The notes: generated by a model from the letters alone, not told the origin. DNA of 21,870 bases from Bugula neritina (GCA_964035545.1 CAXIUT010000158.1:1-21870); one strand, 5' to 3'; positions 1 to 8,499 are shown, counted from the first letter of the stretch. Numbers and translations are program-made.

Positions 1-44
1 ATCCTTTCATTCTGAACAGTGTTTTATAACCTTAATTAAAAAGC

Positions 45-593
45 TTATTGTAAGAGAGAGATTTCCTCAGTACCAATTTTTAGCGCAGTTAACTTAGTTA
101 GAAAACCTTCAATATTGTTTAAACCAGAACCTTCATTGGCTAGTCTGAGACGAGTAATTGCTAATGCTGAATCACTAAAAGTGGCAGTGTAGGGAGCCTT
201 AATTGTTTCTTCCATTAAAATTTCATTAGTTTCCTTATCAGTAATGGTATACCTAACGTGTGTTGTTACAGTTAAGTCTAACCCAAACATTGGCTGATCT
301 ATTCTTAACATTTTGACTTTTAGTAAGTACTTCCCATTGCTCGAATAAAGTCCTTGATTATTCAGGCTTTCAACTAACGCAATTTTGAAGGCATCATCAC
401 TTATTTGAGATGTCCATAGTGGATTTGTATCTTTTCCTCCTGTAACTGACTCAAGGTTTACTTCTTTATTTAGTTTTTCATCGTAAGATTTTTGACTGCC
501 TTTAAAGATCATTTTTTGCTGATTTGCACCTGAAGCACAACCAAATAAAGATACAGTTGTTATTACTACTAGTAAGAGGTTTTGTAATTTCAC
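45..593 (-). CDS. Hypothetical lipoprotein
   Basis: 182-aa ORF with GTG start and upstream AGGA. The N-terminus MKLQNLLLVVITTVSLFG-C is a basic/hydrophobic signal ending in the lipobox LFGC. No family recognised. Confidence 0.75.
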   Translation of the reverse strand: MKLQNLLLVVITTVSLFGCASGANQQKMIFKGSQKSYDEKLNKEVNLESVTGGKDTNPLWTSQISDDAFKIALVESLNNQGLYSSNGKYLLKVKMLRIDQPMFGLDLTVTTHVRYTITDKETNEILMEETIKAPYTATFSDSALAITRLRLANEGSGLNNIEGFLTKLTALKIGTEEISLLQ

Positions 594-731
594 GGTTATT
601 CCTATTTTGTTTTTTTGGTGAGTATGTGAGTTTGGTAATTAAATACTAATTAAAGACATAACTTGAAATCGAATGGCATATATTACGTCATTTAATAGTG
701 CTATTTATGTGTTGAAAAAATTGCTGGTTAA

Positions 732-1133
732 TTACGCCCTTCGATATTCATTCGCTCCAGCTAGCATGCCAGCCCAGATGGTATTTTCGTCATCTTCTCG
801 ATTTGTGTCTTTTGCCAGACGCCAGAGTGAGGTAATTACTTCATCACCATTTTGGTCAATTGTGAGTTGGCCTGCCCATGAGGCAAGCGAGCGATAACTT
901 CTGAATTTAACGCAAAAGGTAATGACGTCACCTGAAGAAAAACCGGTTAGTTCGTATTCTTTCGATTTTGTGGGGTCCGTAATTTCTGTGCGATATTTGC
1001 CAGATAAATTTCCGTCTTTATCTACGAAAAGTTCCATTTCTGCATCGAGAGTATTTTGCCATTTACCGCTGAAATCCGGTGCGGATTTTGTTTTAAGATC
1101 TAGCGGCGTGATAGTACTATTTTCCATTGCCAT
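732..1133 (-). CDS. Avidin/streptavidin-family protein, no signal peptide
   Basis: Aligns by eye with the streptavidin core: FSGKWQNTL (ITGTWYNQL), DGNLSGKYRT (DGALTGTYES), YELTG (YVLTG), SLASWAGQ (SATTWSGQ), ITSLWRL (INTQWLL), IWAGMLAGANEY (AWKSTLVGHDTF). GGAG RBS upstream. Confidence 0.85.
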   Translation of the reverse strand: MAMENSTITPLDLKTKSAPDFSGKWQNTLDAEMELFVDKDGNLSGKYRTEITDPTKSKEYELTGFSSGDVITFCVKFRSYRSLASWAGQLTIDQNGDEVITSLWRLAKDTNREDDENTIWAGMLAGANEYRRA

Positions 1134-1427
1134 GTTATTTCTCCTTTTTATTCTTATACAATTTCTATTTTTTTATTTGATGGCAGCTCAGACGAAATTG
1201 ATAATTTGTGAGGTTTTATTAAACAATAGATCGGTGAAAATCGAGTATGATTTTTCTCACAAATGTTGATAAAAAGTTGAAATTTCTAATAAATTTGCTT
1301 TTTTAGAAGGTGTTTTTTACCAGCACATACTTTTGTTGAGTCGTGGCTGGATAATGATTGGAGAGGATTTATTGTTGGGAATATAGTTTCTAGATGGATC
1401 TATATTTAAACAGAGACCACTTTTCTA

Positions 1428-3044
1428 TTAACTAGTTTGGTATTTAGGTTCGGTGAGAGGGTCAAATAACTGTTCACTTTCTTTACTTGATAAATAGCCA
1501 ATTCTAAAGCCGCCCCAGTGTTTACCATTTACATAAATAGGCGCGGATAAGTCATGCATCAATTCCCCTGTATCACGCATATAAGTTTGCAATAAAAAGG
1601 TTTTATTATTGGAACCGCAACGGCTACCAGTACGATCAGAAAAAATTCGTTTTGTCCGATTATCAACAAGATCTACATCATATTTTCCTGTAAGTGGTTT
1701 GCTGTATTTTTTGTTATGGGTTGGGAAATAACCGTTAATATCGACAGCCCCAGCAAAGAATAACTCTGGATTTGCTTCCAGAAGTGCTTCTTGAATGGGT
1801 GGTAATACCTCATCTGTGAACGAATCGTAACGTGTATTAAATTTTTCCGGATTCGTATTAGGTATAAGTTGATAATCTGTATCGAACAAATCGCTTTCTG
1901 TTAATCGTCCTGATGAAATCGCGTTTTCAAATACGCTACCAATTTCATTAGCGGTAGAGATGGCGATATTTTTGACTTTGTCATGGGAAAGATCTAAATC
2001 GAAATCACCACTTATGCTGTATATATTTTCTGCTTTTTCAGAAAGTCCTAATGCATCTTTTGAAATTGTCTCCGCATCCATGCCGAGTTTGTCGAAAGAT
2101 AGGCTTATTTTTTCCACTTCCTGATTTATTTGATTTACGGAATTTAAATGTTGATCCATTATTCGACTGATTTCCGAAATCAGGTTGTCGGAATTTACCG
2201 TATCATCATTAATATTTCTCAGCATATCTCCAATTTGTGTGACCTGCATAACAACCAGTTCAACCATTTGCTGGAAATTGATGATTTCTTCATTGGCCTT
2301 TTTCGAAACACTAACAACCCTGTTTAATCTATCGCCGATATCTTCAGTATTGATCGAGGTTTTTCTGGCGAGTTCGCGGACTTCATCTGCAACAACTGCA
2401 AATCCGCGTCCATTTTCACCTGCTCTCGCCGCTTCAATAGCTGCATTCAAAGCCAGCAGATTAGTCTGATCAGCGACAGAATCAATCACATCGGTTATGC
2501 CTTTGATATCTTGTATATAACGATCGAGATCTTGCATGCTAGTTAAGGTATGGCTTACCGTTTCGTTCAAATTCAGTATTCCACCACTAATCATATCAAC
2601 TCTTTCTATCCCTTCCTGGCAGGATATTTTTGCCTTTTCAGATGATTCCGAAGCGATACGTGCATTATTAGCAATTTGAGTTGTGTTGACAGACAGCTCT
2701 TCCGTAGAGGATGCAACGCTGCTCACTCGAGTCAATTGCTGGCTGATATTTTGTTGTAAACCACTAACAAAATTTGAGAATTTTGCACTTAAGATAGCGA
2801 CATCGATGCTTGCGGCTGCTGATTTCGCCATGCATTCCAGGAACTCTAGTCTGTACTTCAGGAATTCTAAGAGATTGTTTTTGAAGAACTTGTTATAAAG
2901 TTTAGGCTCTTTGATCGCAATACTTTTTGTTTGGAAGTAAGTCTCTATAGCTTGAATATCCGTTTTGAACATCCGAAACAACTTGGCTGCGATAAATGCA
3001 AAGATCACAAGTAATGTAATAGAGCTTGCGATAACAGTAAACAT
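1428..3044 (-). CDS. Methyl-accepting chemotaxis protein with one N-terminal TM and a C-terminal accessory (putative sensor) domain
   Basis: MCP hairpin signature IDSVADQTNLLALNAAIEAARAGENGRGFAVVADEVRELA. One hydrophobic N-terminal helix. About 170-aa C-terminal domain (DTDY..RTKRIF..LLQTYMRDTGELMHDLSAPIYVNGKHWGGFRIGY). Confidence 0.93.
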   Translation of the reverse strand: MFTVIASSITLLVIFAFIAAKLFRMFKTDIQAIETYFQTKSIAIKEPKLYNKFFKNNLLEFLKYRLEFLECMAKSAAASIDVAILSAKFSNFVSGLQQNISQQLTRVSSVASSTEELSVNTTQIANNARIASESSEKAKISCQEGIERVDMISGGILNLNETVSHTLTSMQDLDRYIQDIKGITDVIDSVADQTNLLALNAAIEAARAGENGRGFAVVADEVRELARKTSINTEDIGDRLNRVVSVSKKANEEIINFQQMVELVVMQVTQIGDMLRNINDDTVNSDNLISEISRIMDQHLNSVNQINQEVEKISLSFDKLGMDAETISKDALGLSEKAENIYSISGDFDLDLSHDKVKNIAISTANEIGSVFENAISSGRLTESDLFDTDYQLIPNTNPEKFNTRYDSFTDEVLPPIQEALLEANPELFFAGAVDINGYFPTHNKKYSKPLTGKYDVDLVDNRTKRIFSDRTGSRCGSNNKTFLLQTYMRDTGELMHDLSAPIYVNGKHWGGFRIGYLSSKESEQLFDPLTEPKYQTS

Positions 3045-3072
3045 AGGAACACCTTTTTTTCTAACTATCTTC

Positions 3073-3099
3073 AGATCGGCAGAAAAAAAAATACCTTTA
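3073..3099 (-). promoter_or_regulatory. Putative sigma28 (FliA) promoter of the MCP gene
   Basis: Minus strand reads TAAA-(15 nt)-GCCGATCT against the consensus TAAA-N15-GCCGATAA. It ends 28 nt upstream of the ATG of a chemoreceptor, a typical FliA target. Confidence 0.7.
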
Positions 3100-3157
3100 G
3101 ATCAACCCAAAAATTTCTATCATACTAAGGTTATAAAAGCAGTGAGGATTTAACTAC

Positions 3158-4669
3158 TTATTGATTTACTGCCGTTGGATACAGCTCGTCGAGACCAATA
3201 GAAAGACTGTTATCCATAACGACACGTGCGTGGTGACGTTTTAACTGTCGAGGTGATTTTACGCCACAAGAATGAGCGATAATACAGACTTCCTTACTCA
3301 AGTTTCTCGCATAATTTTCTACACGTTCCGCTTTGTTTACAGGATCCAACCCCTTCTGTAATTTTTTATTATGAGTTGTGATTCCCGTAGGACAGGTATT
3401 CTTATTACATTGTAGTGCTTGTATACAGCCCAGTGCGAACATAAACCCACGAGCGGTTGTGATGAAATCAGCACCAACGCACAAAGCCCAAGCGACATCT
3501 GTTGGCGTAATGAGCTTTCCTGATGCGACTATTTTTATACGATCGCGCAGATTGTGCTCGATCAATTTATTGATGACGAGCGGTAAGCTTTCACGCAGTG
3601 GCAACCCCATATCATCCATTAAGGGCATTGGTGCCGCGCCTGTTCCACCGTCAGCACTATCGATGGTAATAAAATCAGGTGCAGACTCCGGGCCGCGTTG
3701 ATTTATTTCATTGCATAAATCATCTAACCAATTTGCGGCGCCAATAACCGCTTTGAAACCAACGGGTTTACCAGTAACGGATCTGACCCGATTAATCATG
3801 TCTAATAGAGCTGGAATACTGTTGATATCAGGATGTCGATTTGGACTGATCGAATCAGTTCCTTCTTCTATACCACGGATTTTTGCGATTTCGGCTGTGA
3901 CCTTGCCGCCGGGTAATATTCCGCCCTTCCCAGGTTTTGCGCCCTGACTCATTTTGAGTTCAAACATTTTCACTTGATCGTGGCTAGCGACTTGTCGGAG
4001 TTTTTCGTCACTCAAATTACCTTGCAGATCTCGGACGCCATATTTTGCTGTTCCGATCTGAAAAACAATGTCTGCACCCCCTTCAAGATGATAAGGAGAA
4101 AGTCCGCCCTCACCTGTATTCATCCAACAACCCGCGACTTTTGCTCCATTAGACAATGCAAGTACAGCCGGTTTGGAGATCGCACCAAAACTCATACCTG
4201 AAATGTTCACAAGTGAAGAAGTTGTATAAGGTTTTTGACAATTTGGTCCAATGGTGACGGGCTGAGGCTCTGCGGCATCTTCTCCCAGAGTTGGGAAAGG
4301 GCAATTAACAAACAGAACGGTTCCTGTTGGTCTCAGACTACGTGAAGATCCAAAGGCGACAGTGTTGTCTATATTTTTTGCGGCACGATAAGCCCAGGAT
4401 CGTTGTGCCCGATTAAAAGGCATTTCCTCACGATCCATTGCGAAAAAATATTGGCGGAAAAATTCACCAATATGCTCAAAGAAATAACGAAAGTGCCCTA
4501 CGACAGGATAGTTGTGACGAATAGTGGACTTGGTCTGCGTGACATCGTAAATGTAAACGACGATTAATGTCAGTACGATAAGACCAATCATGAATATGAA
4601 AAACAGCGATGCATATTCTATGGAAGTCATTAAAAATTTTTGAGTTGTTTCTGAGAGCATATAAACCAC
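3158..4669 (-). CDS. FMN-binding glutamate synthase family protein (stand-alone GltB FMN domain, YerD-like)
   Basis: Motifs ISGMSFGAIS, NTGEGG, ELKMSQGAKPGKGGILPG, DGGTGAAP, ARGFMFALGCIQALQCNKNTCPTGITT (3Fe-4S Cys triad). N-terminal TM helix. The start may be the Met at 4660. Confidence 0.92.
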   Translation of the reverse strand: MVYMLSETTQKFLMTSIEYASLFFIFMIGLIVLTLIVVYIYDVTQTKSTIRHNYPVVGHFRYFFEHIGEFFRQYFFAMDREEMPFNRAQRSWAYRAAKNIDNTVAFGSSRSLRPTGTVLFVNCPFPTLGEDAAEPQPVTIGPNCQKPYTTSSLVNISGMSFGAISKPAVLALSNGAKVAGCWMNTGEGGLSPYHLEGGADIVFQIGTAKYGVRDLQGNLSDEKLRQVASHDQVKMFELKMSQGAKPGKGGILPGGKVTAEIAKIRGIEEGTDSISPNRHPDINSIPALLDMINRVRSVTGKPVGFKAVIGAANWLDDLCNEINQRGPESAPDFITIDSADGGTGAAPMPLMDDMGLPLRESLPLVINKLIEHNLRDRIKIVASGKLITPTDVAWALCVGADFITTARGFMFALGCIQALQCNKNTCPTGITTHNKKLQKGLDPVNKAERVENYARNLSKEVCIIAHSCGVKSPRQLKRHHARVVMDNSLSIGLDELYPTAVNQ

Positions 4670-4961
4670 CTTTATTTATACTTATTATTAGGGTTAGTAG
4701 ATCGATGGTGTGAAGATCAGATTCTAAAAAAAACTTCATCCATGGTTAAAGGACTTAGTAAAACTTTAAAAGTTCTTTTAATCGAATAAGTGACAGGAGA
4801 ATTTAGATCAAAAAAGCTTAATTATTAATCTTTAATCAAGATAGAAAACGACAGATATTAATAGTTAATAGCTCGAACACGAGCCAAACATTAAGCCTTA
4901 ATTAACAAATAAAAGACACGCTCATTCTGTTGGTATGAGAAGGATATCAAGATCGAAGCTG

Positions 4962-5354
4962 TTAATCAGATGATTTTACAATGGACAAAGTTGGGGCTTT
5001 TTTTAAGTCTAAATTCGAACCACCGTTTTTTTGATCAAATGCTTTTTGTTGAGCGAGCCCTTGTGTCAGAAAATCCATGCGATTAATTTGGATCGAGTCT
5101 CTAATAACAATATTAAAGATTTCACCGACTGAAACATCGACTCCAGTTTCGAGAAAATGTTTGTGGTATATGATGGTTATTTTTGCCCATGTTTCAGGAC
5201 GAAATTGACAGATGAAATCTTCAGTAAAAGAGAGCAATGCGCTATCTAAACATTCTTCAACCAAAGGAGAAGAGTGCTCCAGCTCAGGATAACTGATCGT
5301 AATATAAGCGACAGTTTGTTGTATAAGTTCGTCCAATTTCATACTGGACCTCAA
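4962..5354 (-). CDS. Hypothetical protein
   Basis: 130-aa ORF filling the gap, co-oriented with neighbours. The true start is probably the second Met (5342), preceded by GAGG. Confidence 0.6.
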   Translation of the reverse strand: MRSSMKLDELIQQTVAYITISYPELEHSSPLVEECLDSALLSFTEDFICQFRPETWAKITIIYHKHFLETGVDVSVGEIFNIVIRDSIQINRMDFLTQGLAQQKAFDQKNGGSNLDLKKAPTLSIVKSSD

Positions 5355-5482
5355 TCGTTTAAAAATAAATTAAGTCATCAGTTGAGTCTACCTATTGTAT
5401 TTTTAATACAATATTTGCGCCAGGTTTGTTTTGATTTTATACGAAAGGCTCCGGCTTGGTATGAATTGACTAGATCCTATTC

Positions 5483-5499
5483 TCAAGATCTGATCTTGA
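5483..5499. repeat. Perfect 8-1-8 palindrome TCAAGATC-T-GATCTTGA (possible operator)
   Basis: Read directly. Intergenic, about 130-150 nt upstream of the 4962..5354 ORF. Confidence 0.5.
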
Positions 5500-5546
5500 A
5501 AGTTCTAAGGAAGAGTATACAAAACTCTTTCTCTCAGTCGCTGGAA

Positions 5547-5741
5547 TCACATCGACAATTTTCTAAACAGGTGTCCAATGTAATAATAGGTTTCCAACGC
5601 TAAAAATTTCGAACGTGTTTTCCATGTTCGATATCGACTTGTTGGTGTAGGTGATGAGTAAGCTGTCGTTCCTAGATCTTTGGCCATCGTCATTGCTCTT
5701 TTCATGTGTAAAGGGTCACTCACAATCAAAACGGAATGCAT
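5547..5741 (-). pseudogene. C-terminal fragment of a YdcF/DUF218-family gene
   Basis: VLIVSDPLHMKRAMTMAKDLG..AYSSPTPTSRY..FLALE matches the C-terminal V(T/S)xxxHxxRA region of DUF218 proteins. The N-terminal part is absent, and the ORF begins 11 nt after the previous stop. Confidence 0.75.
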
Positions 5742-5752
5742 TTCTTATAAAG

Positions 5753-6523
5753 CTATTTGTTATTTTTGAAGTAAGGTTTTAGTAAGACGGACCAGCTCTT
5801 TAACGCGCTTTCATATTCTTCAATGCATAGCTCTGCCCTATCTTCAGTAAAACCTGCATCCTCTTTGATGTAGTCATATTCTTCGGGGTCACTTCCATAA
5901 ACATGGCACAACGTAGTGTAGAATCGTTGTACATCAAGACTATGTTCATCCCAGAAGTCTTCTTCTTCAAACATTTCTATATCTTCACTTTCCAAGTCAA
6001 ATAGATCAGCAGCACTTATCGCAATTTCAGGGCCGTTATCGAAATATTCGATTAACAATACATTTGCTAAACCATCAGCCGCATCTTCTTCTTTGCCAAC
6101 AACAGGAAGCTGATATGAAAAAATAAGAGCATGTGCAAGTTCATGAAATAACGTATGCATAAGAGAGTCTAACGTTGCCTCTTCGACACTCACACCAGTC
6201 TCAGAATATTTTGCAACCTTAAAACGATTTTTGATCTCTTTTACAAAAACATAAGGGATGAGAATTTCATTTGTATTGGGATCGTATAGAGGACCATCGA
6301 GCCCACCAAATTTAAAAACCAGAGGTGTGGGTAGCAGAAATTGATCATTAATAAAATTCACCACTTGATCAGCAATGCGAGTTTGCTTTAATTGCTCTTC
6401 AACTTTTGCTTCGTGTTTGTTGGTTGGCACTTCATAAATAATCCGTGCACCACTCTCAGCAAAAACGAGCGTGGTGTTAAAAAGAAAACAAAGAAAAATG
6501 GCTAAATTTTTTAGTATATTCAT
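5753..6523 (-). CDS. Exported zinc metallopeptidase-like protein (DUF4344-like)
   Basis: Signal peptide (..TLVFA-E), HELAH (HExxH), LPVVGKEEDAAD, DEHSLDVQRFY..LC..YGSDP, RAELC..EY, all characteristic of this family. Confidence 0.8.
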   Translation of the reverse strand: MNILKNLAIFLCFLFNTTLVFAESGARIIYEVPTNKHEAKVEEQLKQTRIADQVVNFINDQFLLPTPLVFKFGGLDGPLYDPNTNEILIPYVFVKEIKNRFKVAKYSETGVSVEEATLDSLMHTLFHELAHALIFSYQLPVVGKEEDAADGLANVLLIEYFDNGPEIAISAADLFDLESEDIEMFEEEDFWDEHSLDVQRFYTTLCHVYGSDPEEYDYIKEDAGFTEDRAELCIEEYESALKSWSVLLKPYFKNNK

Positions 6524-6599
6524 GGTCGTTATTTTTTATAAATATAAAAAAGGGATCTTGCACATTTCATTGTCTTTTGCTTTTTATTCCCTTACTTAG

Positions 6600-6917
6600 T
6601 TAAATTCCGTAATCCCGCTCAACCTTGGAAACACGCACTTTATACTCAGAATACCAATCTTTACGTCCTTGTTTTTGGGCAACTTGGTGTTCAACATTGG
6701 CTTTCCAGCTCTTTATTGATTCTAAATTTGACCAATATGAAACGGTGATTCCCACATCTTCACGAGCAGACTCTATGCCTAAAAAACCAGGTTGATTTGA
6801 TGCTAGTTCAATCATTCGATTTGCCATCTGAGCATAACCGTTGTCTCCTTCAGAACGGTGAGATGTAAATATCACAGCGTAATATGGTGGTTTAGGAGTG
6901 TTCGCGATGAGTGACAT
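6600..6917 (-). CDS. Antibiotic biosynthesis monooxygenase (ABM)-family protein
   Basis: IANTPKPPYYAVIFTS, QPGFLGIESAR, GITVSYW, W..NVEH..AQ..GR..WY..Y.VRV..VERDY. Confidence 0.9.
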   Translation of the reverse strand: MSLIANTPKPPYYAVIFTSHRSEGDNGYAQMANRMIELASNQPGFLGIESAREDVGITVSYWSNLESIKSWKANVEHQVAQKQGRKDWYSEYKVRVSKVERDYGI

Positions 6918-6975
6918 ACTTTTCCCCTAAGAGTTTAACGTTCCAAATTTAAAGTTGGCTGACTCCATGATTTTG

Positions 6976-7836
6976 CTAAGTCATATACTTTTTCACCAAC
7001 TCTTCGTTCAAAACTTGATCAACAGACAATCTCTCTAACGACGAAATATCAAATGGTTTCAGGCTTTTAATATGTTTTTTTATTTCATTTGGAACTGATT
7101 GATAATATAGATAGTACGCATCTCCTTGCATTTTCTCCTTATGCCTCTCAAGAAATGGTTTTACATATTCCCAACTTCCTATTGACATATCCTCAACCTT
7201 CTTAAACAGTTTTCTCGGTGCTAGTTCCTTTCTTCCAATTAGTAAAATATCGACTGGTGGTATGATTGAAGGGATAGCATCAGGCCATACACATGCTGTA
7301 ACGACGCGGCCTTCATAATTCAGCAGCATAATGGAAGGTACAAATACATCATCAGTAACCTGTTCCTGAAGTGTCTCCTTGTTATTATTCCATACCCAAA
7401 AATCTTCCAGTTTTTTTGTAGGTAGGCAAAAAATCTCAGGATGGTTTTTTAGAATAGATTGATAACTATATTCATTCCCATGCAGCCACCCACTTCTGAA
7501 TTTATCTAAGTCAAAATTTCCCGAGCCCATTCCATTCATTTGATGGCCATTTACTTCTAGATCCAACTTTGAAATTAGCTCTAAAAGTTCAGGTTCAGCC
7601 TCTTTGATGAAATATGTTGGTCTGAAGTAGTTCATATTGAAAACAATAGGAAAATAGTCAGCTTCACTTTTTTCAAATTCTTGATACTCAAAAACGAAAT
7701 AAACTCCTGTAGCTTCATTTTGATACCAAGCTTGCTTCCCTTCTAGGTTATATTTGTCACGACCTTGAAAGTAAGAATCGAACTGTTCTTGAGAAAAGAC
7801 GCCGCTCTTTGGCTTTAAAAAAAGATCGTAACTCAT
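6976..7836 (-). CDS. Hypothetical protein
   Basis: 286-aa ORF with AAGG RBS. No family recognised. Confidence 0.75.
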   Translation of the reverse strand: MSYDLFLKPKSGVFSQEQFDSYFQGRDKYNLEGKQAWYQNEATGVYFVFEYQEFEKSEADYFPIVFNMNYFRPTYFIKEAEPELLELISKLDLEVNGHQMNGMGSGNFDLDKFRSGWLHGNEYSYQSILKNHPEIFCLPTKKLEDFWVWNNNKETLQEQVTDDVFVPSIMLLNYEGRVVTACVWPDAIPSIIPPVDILLIGRKELAPRKLFKKVEDMSIGSWEYVKPFLERHKEKMQGDAYYLYYQSVPNEIKKHIKSLKPFDISSLERLSVDQVLNEELVKKYMT

Positions 7837-7893
7837 GTACCTTATCCTTATTTTCGGATTAACTTCCCGCTAAACTGTGGTCGATACGAAGTA

Positions 7894-8391
7894 TCAAGTT
7901 TGCTGACCCCTCGATTTGTTGACAAGCTTTTCAAACCTTTGAACCTCAGATAAAAAGCTGTGAAGGTAGCCAAGTGAACCCATTATGGAGGCCAGACACA
8001 GGGCAGCCTCTTCTGACATTCCGTCTATTTTCCTCGTTTCTGGGTCAAATTCCTGATCATAGATGGATGCTAATGACTGAACCGCCTTTTCTCTTCTTCC
8101 AGGTTCTAGTGAATGAGATAAAGTATTTCGTAACACATTTATCTTTTTAATTAGGTTCCACATGTTGTTGCGGTTATCGCTTACCGATATAGATTTACAT
8201 AACTCCAATTTTTGATGAAATTGAAGCCGGGCATCTTCTATGTGTTCACCATGCAGAGCGAAAGCCTCAAGGGCTTGATTCATTAAGTCTTCAGCAACAA
8301 GATGGCCTTTAAGAAGTATTTGAGCCGTGTCATCAACAAACATGACTTCTTCAGAGAATCTCTTTTGGATGTCTTCTAATGTGTCGGCCAT
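7894..8391 (-). CDS. Hypothetical alpha-helical protein with a HEPN-like Rx4H motif
   Basis: 165 aa. LLKGHLVAEDLM near the N-terminus and INVLRNTLSH (R-x4-H) in the C-terminal half, the layout of HEPN/MtlR-like proteins. Confidence 0.6.
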   Translation of the reverse strand: MADTLEDIQKRFSEEVMFVDDTAQILLKGHLVAEDLMNQALEAFALHGEHIEDARLQFHQKLELCKSISVSDNRNNMWNLIKKINVLRNTLSHSLEPGRREKAVQSLASIYDQEFDPETRKIDGMSEEAALCLASIMGSLGYLHSFLSEVQRFEKLVNKSRGQQT

Positions 8392-8499
8392 ATTTTTCGC
8401 CTAACTTGTCAATATCAAAAACTAAAATCCTAAGTATTATCCGTAAATATCAGGAATAAAATTCTTTATATTTTGATATTCATATAAACAACTAAGAAC

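Noticed and set aside
22-3138. 13-bp inverted pair TTTTATAACCTTA (22-34) / TAAGGTTATAAAA (3126-3138) around lipoprotein-avidin-MCP, considered as transposon ends
   Set aside because: Very AT-rich, no transposase and no target-site duplication seen. Likely chance.
4762-4774. Palindrome AACTTT-A-AAAGTT upstream of the glutamate-synthase-family gene
   Set aside because: Short and AT-rich within an AT-rich intergenic region, so not distinguishable from background.
5547-8499. A complete active integron with intact attC sites
   Set aside because: No intI in the window and no L-box/R-box hairpin could be folded. Reported only as a possible relic.
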